Assembly (NCBI RefSeq): GCF_036321535.1
Contig: NC_087451.1
Coordinates: 33,232,001-33,296,000, forward strand
DNA from: Camelus dromedarius
Taxonomy: Eukaryota
Reading direction: 5' to 3'
Length of the DNA stretch: 64,000 bases
The notes beneath the pieces were generated by a model that saw only the letters and a program-made list of their open reading frames with translations, was not told where the DNA came from and searched no databases. Shown piece after piece: positions 1-12,365 of the stretch (position 1 is its first letter; each line of letters begins with the position of its first letter). The position numbers were made by a program, and so were the translations under genes.

Positions 1-770
1 CACAGGCTTCCACACTTCCTTCTCCGGGGCTGGAGTGTCAGATCTTCTCACTGTGGTGGGAGAAGTGTGTGCTGCACACAGCCAGCAGCACCGGGGACTG
101 AAGGGGTGGCAGCTGAAGGCAACTGAGCTTGGTGCTTGGTGCAGGGGATGAGGAGGCAGGAAGACCCCGCCCACCCAGGGCCCCATCCTGGTCCTTCCAG
201 CGCAGCTACAGGGAAGGGAGGATGGCAGGTGAACCGCACTTGCAAACACATCCTCTAAACACGGTGACTCGACCCAGGAGAGGAAGAAGAAAGGAGAAAG
301 GGACTTTGAATGCCTCATCATGGGGGCGATACTGTCTCTAGCAGGGCAGCTCTGGTTTTTATCAGTCTTATATCCCTGGATTGCTAGAAAATTCCTTAAG
401 GTCTCACTTGGAAAAAAGTTTCTTCTGCTAAAACAATAACTAAAACACAAAACAAAAACAAAACCCTCCAAAACACTGAAGCCAGTGATTGAGACAAGCA
501 GCCACCCACGGAGATTCCAGTCCAGTGAGATTCTGGGAAAGTTGCTTTTCCCAGCCCAGCTCCTGATAAATGTTAAGCAGCTGACAGTTCAGGCGCTGCC
601 CTCTGACAGAGCACGCCTCTGCAGTGTGAAATTTCAATCGTCGAATACGGGTGATTTGGATGATTTAGACAGCCCACCAGAAAAAAAGAAAAAAACACAC
701 AACACAACACAACAAAATCATGTACTAGCTCTTTAATAATATCAATCGACTAGATGTTACACTTGGTATT

Positions 771-1160
771 TATAATGGGTTGAACTGCCCTCTTTCCCCC
801 CCAGAAAAGATTGTTGAAGTCCTAACCCCAGTATCTTGTGAATATTACTTTATTTGGACATGGGGTCTTTGCTGATGTAATTAAGTTAAAATCAGGTNNN
901 NNNNNNNNNNNNNNNNNNNNNNNNNNNNNNNNNNNNNNNNNNNNNNNNNNNNNNNNNNNNNNNNNNNNNNNNNNNNNNNNNNNNNNNNNNNNNNNNNNNN
1001 NNNNNNNNNNNNNNNNNNNNNNNNNNNNNNNNNNNNNNNNNNNNNNNNNNNNNNNNNNNNNNNNNNNNNNNNNNNNNNNNNNNNNNAGCCTTGGGGGGAC
1101 CACAGCCCTGCTGCCACCTTGATCTTGGACTTCCAGCCTCCAGAACTGTGAAATATTTAA
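771..1160 (+). mobile_element. MaLR LTR (MLT1B/C-like), interrupted by assembly gap
   Basis: Typical 5' motifs (aatgggttgaa, ttgaagtcctaacccc, ggggtctttgctgatgtaattaagttaaaat) and 3' motif ccaccttgatcttggacttccagcctccagaactgtga. Confidence 0.8.
898..1086. other. Assembly gap (189 N)
   Basis: Run of N. Confidence 1.
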
Positions 1161-1240
1161 TTTCCATAGAAGCAGAAGTATCTACAGAAGTAAATACTCC
1201 AAAGACAGGGTCAGAATTTTTCCTAAGAGACGATCAGGGC

Positions 1241-2166
1241 TGTTGTCATTGAGACTAATTACAAATATTTGAGTTCTCGCTCCTCCTAGGAGCTTGGCAG
1301 GATCGTATATCCCACCTGTTAGGACTTGTCACATGACTTGCTTTGGCCAGGGAAATGTGAGCATCTTTGAGTCCAAACTCATTCTGCTCACCACATGCCA
1401 GGTCAATAAATCAGGAGATGAGGTGTTGGGGCAAGGAATAATGGCTTTATTCGGTAAAAAGCCAGCAGACTGAGAAGATGGGGGAGCTAATGTCCTAGAG
1501 ATCCATCTTCCCCAAGCCAGAATTCAGGCTCCATTTATACTGAAAAAGGAGGAGGTGTGTTTGGTTGTTGCAAACTTCTTGGTGTCAGAATCCTTTGTTC
1601 TTACAGCTCTCCCCGTAGGTCAGGTCATGACGTTCCTATAAAGCTCCAACAAGACAAATGGTATTCTCTGTTCTGCAACTTTTTATCTCTATATGAATGG
1701 GAAAGGGTTATCCCCTTAAAGGTCAGAGCCTTGAGAATGGGCTCTCCTGTATATTTCAGGCTCTAGGCAACATTCTTTTACAAGAGGTGCAGAACCAGGG
1801 TGACTAAGAGTAGGCAACAGAGCACAGGGTTAGAGCTAAAGGAACAGATCTAATATGGAGTCAGGTTTGTTCTTCCCTTTTACAAGCAGAAGTAAGGACC
1901 GTCATTTCAGGGCAGAAGATTTAAGGGCTGGCACATGCTCTGCCACGTTCTCCTTTCCCTCTGCTGCAAAGAGCGTAATTTTCCACACAGCAGGTGGTCC
2001 AGCAGCCTGGCTTAAGGACTGAGGTGGCGACAACGTGGGGCTGAGCCCCAGCTTGGCTACTTGGGAGTGTAAACTGAGGGGAGATATGACCTTTGGATTT
2101 TAGTTGACTCAGGTTTGGGGGAGTTGTTGGCTACAGCAGCATAACCTAGCCTGTCCTAGCTAAATA
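1241..2166 (+). mobile_element. MaLR LTR (MLT1J-like), split by an ERV1 LTR
   Basis: catgacttgctttggccagggaaatgtgagca resumes as agcagaagt after the insert; ends gcagcataacctagcctgtcctagcta. Confidence 0.7.
1364..1884 (-). mobile_element. ERV1-class solo LTR (artiodactyl type, possibly MER41-like)
   Basis: Minus strand starts TGTAAAAGGGAAGAAC; TATAAAT at 1533-1539 and AATAAA at 1446-1451 on minus; 4-bp target duplication AGCA at 1360-1363 and 1885-1888. Confidence 0.8.
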
Positions 2167-3196
2167 ATCTAGCTCTGCCCTGGCAGGTGAACATTCCAAG
2201 TCCTAAGGCTTCCCAGGATGACTTGAGTTTGGCTGTTTTTCAACCCAGGAGTTACCAGGTGCTCACCACGGTCAGAGAGACACCTCCAGTGACGATCACG
2301 GTGCCTCTGATTTTAAGGGGCAGAGCTAAGTGTAAATCCTGCAGGGCAGTTACAACCCGCATCCTTCCGTAACAAAAGACATTCACTTGGAATCTGGAAC
2401 AGCTGGAATAGGAGCCCATCCTGCTGGGCAGGGGGTGGGTGCAGCTACCCACACCAGTCACTTAGTTTTAGACTAGTTATTCTTAAGTCCGTGCTTCTGA
2501 CGGTAGTTCAGTTACAGAAGCTGCGATTGGATGTGTCCACTTCTGCCCTGTGACAATGAGGTGTTAATGCAGCAAAAAGGAAGCTACCGGTCTTTTTTGC
2601 GTTGTCTGCAACAGGAGGGCATGCACTGAGATCATCCAGAAGGAGCTTCGCGTCATTACAGTATACATTCAAGAGGAAGAGGCCAGAGCACAGTCTTGTT
2701 GTGCATCGCTCGGAATGATGCCCAGATCTGCTGGGCAACTCCTCACGTCATGTCTGACACTTAGAATATCACCGAGCTGCCTACCCATAACTGTTGGCCA
2801 ATAACCAGCTTCCGTGAAGCCAGAAGTCGTGGCCGGTCAATAAAAGCTCCAAACAATCTGAGGTTCTTCCTATTAGATTTCTCCTCAAGATGAAAACGGG
2901 TGTCCAGTGGTTTATCAACAAACTATTGAAAATTATTTATCAGTCAATAACCTGTTGGCACCCCTTCTGCCCCTCTGGGACAATTACCGGTTTGAGAAAC
3001 CCAGATTTATAAGTGTATCTAGCAACCTATTAAACCTGTAGTTTTAGGGAGAGTGGTAAATAGACACTTTTTAAAATGGTAGAGACAGAATTCCTATATC
3101 CACGGATACACCAGCAATAATGGAGATAAACAGCTTAGCACCAAGTCCCTGACCACGTCCAATCCAAGGTGACAAAGTACCCTTATCTGCCAGGTT

Positions 3197-3429
3197 CTTT
3201 TTTTTTCTTCTTAATTGTCGTATAGTCAATTTACAATGTTGTATTAATTTCTGGTGTACAGCATAGTGATTCAGTTATACATACATATTTATTCTTTTTC
3301 ATTGTAGGCTATTACAAGCTATTGAATATAGTTCCCCATACTACACAGTAGGACCCTGTTGTTTACCATTTTATATATAGTAATTAGTATCTGCAGACCC
3401 AGAACTCCCAGTTTATCGCTCCCCACCCC
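3197..3429 (-). mobile_element. 5'-truncated L1 3' end (camelid/artiodactyl type)
   Basis: Poly-T then tttacaatgttgtattaatttctggtgtacagcatagtgattcag; flanked by ctgccaggtt (3187-3196) and ctgcccggtt (3430-3439) as probable TSD. Confidence 0.85.
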
Positions 3430-3439
3430 CTGCCCGGTT

Positions 3440-3910
3440 ATTTAGAGTAATAGCTCCAACTGAACCACATTCAAATTAGATCATTTGGGGAGGGTTTACT
3501 TACAAAGGGACGATTTTCCAAGGTGAGAGCAGATGGGAGCCAGTATCCCAGGGATGGAAGCAGTGGAGCTGTTACCACCCAAAGCTGGGAGGACAAGGGG
3601 AGGGAGCAGTCCACAGCTCAGGAGGGGACTCCTGTGGAAGAGGCTGCAGGAGAGGAGCAGTGGCCTTTGGTGCTGGGACCCAGTCACCCTGAGCAGACCC
3701 TGCAGGGTGGTGGCCGGAGCAATGAAGACTTGGCCTCACTCTCCTCCCTCCCTTGGACCTGTGGCCAGGGCTCCATCGGCTGAACCCAACTGGAAGCCAC
3801 AGAGCATGGGAGCCCACGGGGGTGGTCCATTCGGGTCAACCTCCCAGGACCCAGAGCAGGTTGGACAAGGGCGGGAGGGGATGTGGAGCATGAAGAGAAG
3901 ACCTCAGGTG
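3440..3910 (-). mobile_element. ERVL LTR (LTR33/LTR41-like)
   Basis: cacattcaaattagatcatttggggagggttt, gctgttaccaccc and ggctgaacccaactggaagcc match the recalled LTR33-group consensus. Confidence 0.6.
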
Positions 3911-5111
3911 CCACCCCCGTTGCTCGTCCACATCACTTCCTTCTGTTTTCCATTCTTCAGGATGCCTTGGTTGGTGGAGAAGGGAGAGGCTTTGTTTTGC
4001 TAAACTTGTCTCTGAAATATGGACCCAAATGTGCAACTGAAACACTGGCCTTCCTTAGTCACTGATCCACTGATAGGAAATGAGAGCAGAAGCCACACCC
4101 TTGTGGCCCTCAAAAGAGTATTCTGGGTGATTCCTGAGCATCAGAAATTCACATTGGGAGTCAAAGAGCCTTCACTCTGTCTAGGGATTCTCAAGGTCCT
4201 AACTGATTGAGCCCAATGATTGACACTGGTCTTGGTTGACCTTTCCTGGCCAGGCTCCGCTGTAGGGTATAGGATGGAGAGGGGCCACAGACTGTCAGCT
4301 GGGAAAAATCTTGGGGGGCTCCTCTGCCTCCAGGTCAGTACTCTGAGACATCATAGCCTCCCTCCCAGACATAAGACCCTAAAGCCTTCAGAAACCCAAG
4401 TGGTGACCCGGTGCTTACCCAGCACCTCTCGCTGAAGTTCTGGGCAAACACCAGTAGGTTCCTCCTCCTTAGAAGCCGTACTGCAGCCCGAAAAGACTTC
4501 CCCCAGAGGCAAGACCCTCTTCAAGAGCCACCAAGGTTTGGGCAAGGGGAGCTGGAGTCTCTACACCCCTCCCTGGTTGGGCTCGACATTCAGGACTTGC
4601 CATGGGGCCATGGCGGTGGCTCACATGTGTCCCTCAGCGACCCCAACATGGAAGTGAAAGTGTGGCTGGCTCTGGAAGTTTCTTCACCAACAGGAATATG
4701 TATCTGGGAAAAAAAGAGGAAATAAGGTGGAGAGGAAGAGCTGATGGCTGGGAGGGAGGGAGAGTGGGAGAGCGAGCACAAGCATGTAAGGGGTGAGAAA
4801 GACAGAAATCTCCCAGATTTTAAATATAGGAGTATAAATATTTGAAAATCCAGGGAGCTGCACATGTGTGGAAAATGCAGATCAGGGTTATGAAGTCAGA
4901 TACCAGAAGCAGAAATGTTCATTCTCTTGAAATATCATGAAGGGAAAACTGTCCATTAATGAATTGCACACACACACGTGCACAGCCAGTTATGTAAGTA
5001 TAAAAAACAAAGAAACGACACAGAAACATGTGCATTGATATCCAAATGAAGAGACACAAAAATACATAAGAATATTCCAATGATCTGCCTTCGGCTCCAA
5101 GGTGCACATCC

Positions 5112-5240
5112 ATTGATTCATTCACAAATATTTACTGGGTGCCTCCTGTGTGCCAGGGATGATGCTAGGTTACAAGGATACGGGGGTGAGCAGGACCACG
5201 GGTCCTCTCCTAATGGAACTCATAGCCTGCTGACATGCTG
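5112..5240 (-). mobile_element. L2 3' end
   Basis: ttcattcacaaatatttactgggtgcctcctgtgtgccagg. Confidence 0.75.
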
Positions 5241-5414
5241 GGACATGGTCCCACACAAGCACGGAGCTGGAGCAAAAGGCTCTTAAGGAGGTGGGCTAGG
5301 GATTTTAAACCTCGTTGGACTCCTGTGTACTCTTGGGTCTTTGAAAGGTGAGAGGTTTGCATATTTGTCACTGTCTCATTACCATGGTACCCTCAATTCC
5401 TGATATATGAAGAT

Positions 5415-5465
5415 AATGAATGAGTTCAAGAATGAATGAATGAATAAGTGAATGAATGAATGAAT
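5415..5465 (+). repeat. (AATG)n L2-type tail
   Basis: aatgaatgaatgaataagtgaatgaatgaatgaat. Confidence 0.7.
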
Positions 5466-6013
5466 ATCCTGCCAACTAGCAGCAAGGTAGACATGGCCTT
5501 GGGCTGCCCCGAACTCCAATATTCCTTTCCATTCCTGGATAAGAGGTGCCCCAAAGACGCTCAGCTTGGGAAGGACCAACCAAAGAAGGTGACTGGACTT
5601 TCCAGCTCAGCCAAATTATCTGCCCATCTCTGAACCTCCAGAGCCTGTGACTGCGGGTGGGGCGGGGAGAACAGTCCGACTGCCGCTTGAAAGCCAGGCT
5701 CTCCAATGAGCTTTGCAAATCTGAGGTCCCTTCCTCCGGACCCAGAGGGATGGTGCTCATCCCTTCCTCTGTCCTGGAGCAACCCCTACCGCCATGTGAT
5801 CTCCCCTGGGGTTCTAAACTCTGCAGAGCCTGCTGGGAAGGTCTCCAGCTTGGGAGGTAGAAGACACACCAGCTGGTTCCTAGTAAACCTCAGTTAGTGA
5901 ATTCCTTACTGCTTCTCATTATTATGGAGAGGTGAGCCCTGATTATCGGCAGGAAGAGTGGAGCCCAGGGATGGAGGATTGCGCCCTCCTGAGGCTGTCT
6001 TCTCACCCTGCTC

Positions 6014-6015
<2 letters not shown>

Positions 6016-6062
<47 letters not shown>
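6016..6062. repeat. (TG)23 microsatellite
   Basis: Perfect dinucleotide run. Confidence 0.98.
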
Positions 6063-6065
<3 letters not shown>

Positions 6066-7111
6066 CGAGTGTGCACCTGTGCATGCAGGAGTTAGAACAG
6101 GGCCAGGCTGTAGCAGATGCTGCAGGTACCCACCTGGACCCCTCATAAATGACCATGTCGTGATCCCTCACCAACCTCCAACTGCCAGTATCAGCACTTC
6201 TCTGCCGGAGGGCTTTTTCCAAAACTGTGAGAGTCTGTTCTGTCTGGAGGAGCACAGCGTGCCAGGACTGCTGAGGAATGGCTCCCTCTGGGAGCCGCCC
6301 TTAACCAAGGGCTCTTGCAAGTTGGTGTTTAAATACCCAGGTGACCTCAACTCCCAGGTGAATAACTCTGAGGTGTCCTTTCCAGTGTCTCCTAGAGTTT
6401 ACCTGCACCAGTGAGAGCTGGTCTCCCACAGGGGCAGCTGGCTTCTTAGGGCACGACTTAGTGGCCGCCTTCCCTTCCCTGTGCCCCATCCCTACGCCTC
6501 CCCAGCCCACCAGTGGTCCTGTATCTCCCAACTAATCTTCAAGCACTTGACTCCTTCGGGGGAACTCTAACTAACACATATGCAGACCTAACTCCTTGCA
6601 AAGTCAGATGGACCCTAAGCCAATGCTGACAAAAGCCTCCTTGGGCAAAGTCAACTTCCCCATGGGGTCAGGCCTCACTGGAAGGACCAGAGGGACTTCC
6701 TAAGGGGGTGAGCTGTGTTTTAGAGGAGAGAGAGAGGGCTGCTCTCTGTCATGAGATATGAGCCTTGAGTCCAAGCTGGAAGAAGTTTTCTGGGGTCCCC
6801 ATCCTTTTCACCATCATCTCAGACCCAAGACCAGGTACTAAATGCAGTGACACAGCCACCTGGAGCTCCTTCTGTGGTTCTCCTTGGTGGTCTCTGGGCA
6901 GAAGGAGGACTGAATAACCAAACCTAGGGAATATCAGAGAGAAGGCACATGGGTTGTTTTTGGTTTGTTTGTTTTTCTGCAACTTTTAACCTCTTAGTAA
7001 CCCAAAGAGGCAACCAATTTACCAATGCATATAAATGTACTCTGATAGTTAATATAGAGAGAAGAAAAGGTTTGACTTTTTTAGAAAGAGTCTTTGTTAA
7101 AGGGCAGTTGG

Positions 7112-7334
7112 TTAGGGCTTTGGGGGGAGGATGTGGAGATGGAAAGTGATAACTAAAATCCACAGCATTTCTTTGGGAGGTGATGGAAATGTTCTAAAAT
7201 TGATGGAAATGTTCTAAAATTGACTATGGTGATGGCTGCATGTATCCAAGAATATACTAAAACCATTGGATTGTACACTTCAAATGGGTGAACAGTATGC
7301 TATGTGAATTCTATCTCAAGAAAGCTGTTTACAA
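7112..7334 (+). mobile_element. L1MB 3' end with 13-bp TSD and internal 20-bp tandem duplication
   Basis: gatggaaatgttctaaaatt...ttgtacacttcaaatgggtgaa...gtgaattctatctcaagaaagctg; aaagggcagttgg at 7099-7111 and 7335-7347. Confidence 0.85.
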
Positions 7335-7367
7335 AAAGGGCAGTTGGGTGGAGACGGAAAAGTTTAG

Positions 7368-7548
7368 CTTTGAGGCTGGACAGACGGCTTTGAGCTCCAG
7401 CCCTGCCACTTCCCAGCTCCAGTTACAAGACATTTCATCTCCTTGAATCCTCAGCTCCTTCAAATGAAAATACTTAGGGTTGCAGAGTAGACTTAAGATA
7501 TTTTATAAAGCACTTTAAAAGCTCCTGGCACATAAATAGTACTCAGTT
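7368..7548 (+). mobile_element. MIR SINE
   Basis: ccagccctgccacttcccagct...cctcagctccttcaaatgaaaat...cctggcacataaatagtactca. Confidence 0.65.
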
Positions 7549-8321
7549 TTAATAATTTTAATAATAATCATCATTAACAAAAATTATACAGAAAATTATA
7601 CAGAAGCTGTTACTAGAAATCACTGTTGCATATGAAATTCTTATTCATTAGAAGAGAAGGTAATTAGTACGAAAGGGAAGCGATCCTTTCAAAATAATGC
7701 TTACCTAGTAACTTAGTTGGTTGAAGTTAAGAACTGGGTAAGAAAAGGGCTGAGAACGAGACTCACTGTGATTACAACTTGTCATGGAAAGATTCTGACC
7801 CCAGAGGGAAATGGTCACAAATGAAGGGGGCATGCAGTCCATTGGTGTTAAGATCAGAAGGAAAATCATTTCTCCCCAGTTTGGAAAACAGGTAGGTAAC
7901 AGGGGGTAGCAGCCTTCTGACAACAGGTGAGTGGGTTTGGGGTGCTGAGGCAAAGCCAGGACCCAGATTTGCTTAATCAGGCATAGAAGCTGTTTTGATG
8001 GAATCAAGTCAAATGTTCTTGAGAGGAGACAGCTTCATAAAGCTTAAAATCAAGTGGGATTTAGCACCACCAGGGTACCCCATATATGCCCAGGTTTTGC
8101 ATTTCTTTTAACTCTTGATGCAGATCGAATTTGTTTATCCATCTCGTAGAAAGGGAAATGGGAACTAATCTGTGTTACTATTTTCTATCTAGAGGAAAAG
8201 CAATCATTGATCCGGAGTATGCATTTTGTTTTGTTTTAATATCACCTCTTGCTTAACCATCTCCTAAGTGCACAGGTTTTCAAGGGAAACAGATCTAGTT
8301 TAAGATGCAAAATCCACCGCA

Positions 8322-8725
8322 AGTTACCAAGTTAGCCTGACCTGCCACGGTTTCCTTAATGTGAGCAGAAGACAGGAAACTCATGGGTCAGAGACACTGG
8401 ACAGTTTATAGTTTATCACAGCAACAGAGTATCCTTGTTTTTGCAACTGTTCCTCCAGCCACAGTTCCCATAAGGCCATGCAAAGAGGGCCAGATGATAT
8501 CTGCACACACACATCAGAGTGTGTTGTAAGAGAGAAACCCTGAACTTAGGGGAACTGAATCTTTTACAGTGGACAATAAGCATGCCTACTCTTGGCTCCA
8601 GAGGGTGACACTATGTCTTCCAATGCTGTTCACCATGCAAACATAAGATCAGAATAAATGCAGTCTGCATCTCTGCTTGCAAGATGAACAGAAATGTGAG
8701 ACCCAAGGAAAACTATCTCCCAACA
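8322..8725 (-). mobile_element. ERVL LTR (MER76/MER68/MER77 group)
   Basis: Minus strand starts TGTTGGGAGATAG; gggtcagagac, gagggccagatgatatctgcacac and gaaaccctgaacttaggggaactgaatctttta match this group; exact family uncertain. Confidence 0.7.
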
Positions 8726-8731
8726 CTCAAT

Positions 8732-8900
8732 AGCTGTGTCATCTTGAACCTCGGTTTCTTCATCTCTGAGCCTCAGTGTCTTCATCTGTAAAATGGGGAT
8801 AATACCCATCTGGCACATGGTTGGAAAGAATAAATGAATATCAGTTTCGTCTTCAAAGAACAGCTCCTGGTGCCCAACGGACACTCAAGAAATGTTGGTT
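8732..8900 (+). mobile_element. MIR SINE
   Basis: ctctgagcctcagtgtcttcatctgtaaaatggggataata core. Confidence 0.85.
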
Positions 8901-9165
8901 ATTTCATTTTGTTGCCTCCCCCTTAACTAAATGATGGTTTGGTGAAGACTTTATCCTGTCTGAATCCCACCCCTTTGTACCAACTCTCATTAGAATCTAT
9001 TAAAGTAATACCCATGTGAAAACTTCTCCATCGTTATTTTGTTTCAAGATGGCAGCCTACCACGCAGATAAAAGGGTCTTGATCTCATTAACAGAGTATC
9101 AAACTTGATGAATTTCAGCCCAAAGACTCACCATGAAATAATTCAAAAATCCTAACTCCTCCAGC

Positions 9166-9330
9166 TCAGCAGCTCTCAGACTTTGTTGCATGTTTAAGTC
9201 ATCTGGGAGCTTTAAAAAAAAACTGCCACTGCCTCCTATACCAGCGAAATCAGCCTCTCTGGGGGTGGGACTCAGGCACCAGCAGTTTCAAAACTTCTCT
9301 GGGTGATTCTAATAGTAGCCAGGGACAAAA
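9166..9330. mobile_element. hAT-Charlie MITE (MER5-like)
   Basis: cagcagctctcagact...ctgggggtgggactcaggc...ctgggtgattctaat. Confidence 0.6.
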
Positions 9331-10174
9331 GGGTGGCTCTGGCTCTCACTCGGACCGACTAGAAGAGTTTGCATGGGCTACTTTGCAATTCTTAGGCTGT
9401 TTCACTGAAGTGTAATTGGTCTAACTCTGAAAAGGTCACTAGGCTTTTGTAGGTACTTCACAGAGCCCAGCAGGAAGCTGTGGCCTGGGTGGTGTGGCGG
9501 AGGGGCACACAGAAGAAACTAAAAGGGCAGGTGGTCCATTCTCTACTAGAAGATAGGGGAGCACTCCTGTGAACTTTGGAATTCCAAGGAGCCTTGAGAA
9601 CAGGATTCTATACACCCTGGGCGCCCAGTGAAAGCTTTCAGATGGTGTTGGGATTCTGGGCTCCACCCAGAAGCGTCAAGCATTCTCCATGAACACTTCA
9701 GCTTGAAAAGAGCTCCAGTCCTTCCAGGCTCCCTGCAGACTAGATTATAGGATTAACCCTTCATCTCCTGGCTGGGCTATAGGGAATCCTCTCTTTTCTC
9801 TTTCCTTAGGCGTAAACAGTCAATGATAACGATTTTTCTCGCTTTCTCCTCCCACTTTTCTTTGGAGTTGTTCTGAGGCAGTTGCTTTTGGTTTCTGACA
9901 CATCCTGAAGAAGAAACTAAGGCCAGGTCCAACACTGGGGACAGGTCGGGCCTCCCTTGTCCCCTGTTCCGTGTGTATGTGATGCTGACCACTGACCTGC
10001 GTTCTGTCAGTGGCAAGCAGAGGTGCACAGGAAGGGCTCTGGGACCCCTAACGTCAGAATTTTCCATTTGCTTTGAGCTAGTGTTCAATCCCCCTCACTC
10101 ATCAAGATGCAAATTACTCAGGTAATTGGGACACCTGAAATCCAAGAGAGCCTAATTTGTCTACATAATACAGG

Positions 10175-10500
10175 CTGTAAGCAAATTACCTGAAACTCAG
10201 GTGAAAGCGGGCTTTTCAGACCAGGAAGAGCCTGTCTGCCAGAGCCTTTGTTTCCACATGGAGGCTGCATTCTCTGGAAGCCTGGCTGGAACAGAAGGGA
10301 CCAGAAACACTTGGGGGAGCTGGAAGGGCCGCTTTCCCATCACTTAACGAGCAGCCGTGGCTCCAGCTGAGACCAAGTCTGAGAGCCACCTGACATGGCG
10401 GCTTCCTACAGAACCCAGACTCGAAGGAGGGAGCCCCGGAGCCTGATTTTGCTGGAGGTGGGCACACGAGCTGACCAGGGGAGGCCCCCTTCATATGACA
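10175..10500 (-). mobile_element. Degenerate MaLR LTR (MLT1F-H-like)
   Basis: gctgtaagcaaattacctgaaactcag and downstream degenerate similarity. Confidence 0.4.
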
Positions 10501-10819
10501 CCATCAGAAGGTGTGGGATGGGCTGCAGGAAATGGCTCACTGGAGAAACTGAGTCCCTCCGGGACTCCTGAGGCTTTTAAATCATAGCTGTTCGGGCAGG
10601 AGTGTGGGGAGGGGGTTCAGGAAGCCTCTCTGCCTTTCCCCAGCGGAGCGGAGCGGGGGTCACATCAGAATAGGCGACATTAGGAAAGGCTGCAGCCTTC
10701 TGTCTGCTTCCAGTCCTCCCTCCCCGTTTCCAGGTAGGGGTGACAGCACAGAAACAGAGCTATGTTCTTTCCCTCTTCCTGGGCACCTGCTGCGCCCACC
10801 CTACCCACCTGAAGGCTCA

Positions 10820-11150
10820 CAGGCCTCCACGAGTGACATCACAGGCCTGTCGCCGCGGAAACGGGCAGTGAGGTCAGGCAGCGGGGGGGGGGGGGGGGGG
10901 CTTGATGGCTTCCGGCAGGGCAGGAGGGGAGCCGAGATCTGGGGGACCAGGGCTTCAGGACTGGAGTCCAAGGGGTGATTAGAATTGACAGCGGGAGGGC
11001 TGAAGTAAACCCAGGCAGCTTCCGGAAGGCGTGGCCGCCGCTGGGCGCCGAAGGGGATTGGCCAGTCCCTGCAGGCACCGCCCCCTGCCCCGGGCCACCC
11101 CCCTCAGAGCGGGTTCTATTTGTCATTCGTTGTTTCAAAGGTCGGAGTGG
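10820..11150. promoter_or_regulatory. CpG-enriched enhancer/promoter-like block with G18 tract
   Basis: G18 at 10883-10900; palindromic double ETS core CTTCCGGAAG at 11019-11028; local CpG enrichment. Confidence 0.35.
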
Positions 11151-12244
11151 ACTTCTTAAGAAGACAGATTTCCTCTGGCCATTCCTTGGGGACTGAGCTC
11201 TCAAAACCAATTGGCCCAAATTTCGGTCCAGTCTGGGCTTCATAGTCCCACTGGAGGTGGGCGTGGCTCACAGGGGAAGAGGAAAAAGAGCAGCCAGAGA
11301 CCAGGGCCAGGGGGATGTGTGCCGAGGGTCAGGGGCGGCCTGTGTGGGACACACGAGGGACAGGGAGGCTGATGGAGCCCCAGGAGGCAAGGAGAGAGGG
11401 CACTTTATAAATCACCAGCTCCCTTTTAAAAATGGAGTTTAACCTCCCTCCGCTTTGCTTTTGAATTTATTAGCAGTTTCATTTCCTTGGGTAATAATTC
11501 ATTATCTCGTTCCCAGCCTGGGGAGCAGTGCTGGCCTAGAAGTGGCATTTACCTTCCACGAGTTTAAGTGATGCTTTTTTAGCTGTGTCATCTTCAGATC
11601 ACTCTCGGCCCGCACTTTTCCTGCATCCCCACTTGGCCCACCGACAGTGTTGATTCCTCCCTAGGTGCAGGCTGACTGATGTGATCTTGGAGGGGTAGCC
11701 CCCCCCCAACAGCCTATCTCCCCCCTCCTCCTCTCCCAATCCCACTCCCCTCCCCTCTCCTCCCCTCCTCCCCTCCAGCACTCCAGCCTGCCTGTATTCT
11801 GATGCTGTTTGTACCAGGCTGTCTTTGGGACCCAAGCCTCTCTCTATTGTGAAGGGAGACAGCTTCAAGCTGTAGTGAGATAGAGCCGTTCTGTTGGAGT
11901 CGAGATAACTGCTGCTGGGAGGGAACCCAGTGGAGGGTTGGAGGGGGCCACATGTGTCAGCTTAACTGGAGGATCTGAAAAAGCTATTTCCATCTCTTCT
12001 CCAAGTGGGAAACTGGCAGATGCCCTTCTGTGGAATGAAAGTTTTTCTCTTCCTCTCCATCCTCTCTGCCAAGGAAGAAAGCTTGATCAACAAGGGGCGT
12101 GAGGATGCTTTTTCACCAGGAAAAAGTCCTTTTCCCAAATCCCTTCTCTCTTCACATCCCAGAAAAGACTGTATCCTAACGCCCAATATGGCAAGCTGGG
12201 AGTGAAGACAGGGCGCTCTCCCCTCAGCAGTCAGTGTCTCTTCC

Positions 12245-12365
12245 TCAATGTGTTCATCCGAGGCTCCCTTCTTTCAGCACCTACTGTGTCCAGACACTGG
12301 ACACTAGATTTAACGATGCAAAAGCCAATGTGGTCCCTCCCCGCGGAGTTTACAGTCAAGTGGCA
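12245..12365 (-). mobile_element. L2 3' end
   Basis: cagcacctactgtgtccagacactgg...gtccctccccgcggagtttacagtc. Confidence 0.6.

Noticed and set aside
5932-6414. 160-aa ORF with (CV)n stretch
   Set aside because: Translation of the (TG)23 microsatellite and flanks.
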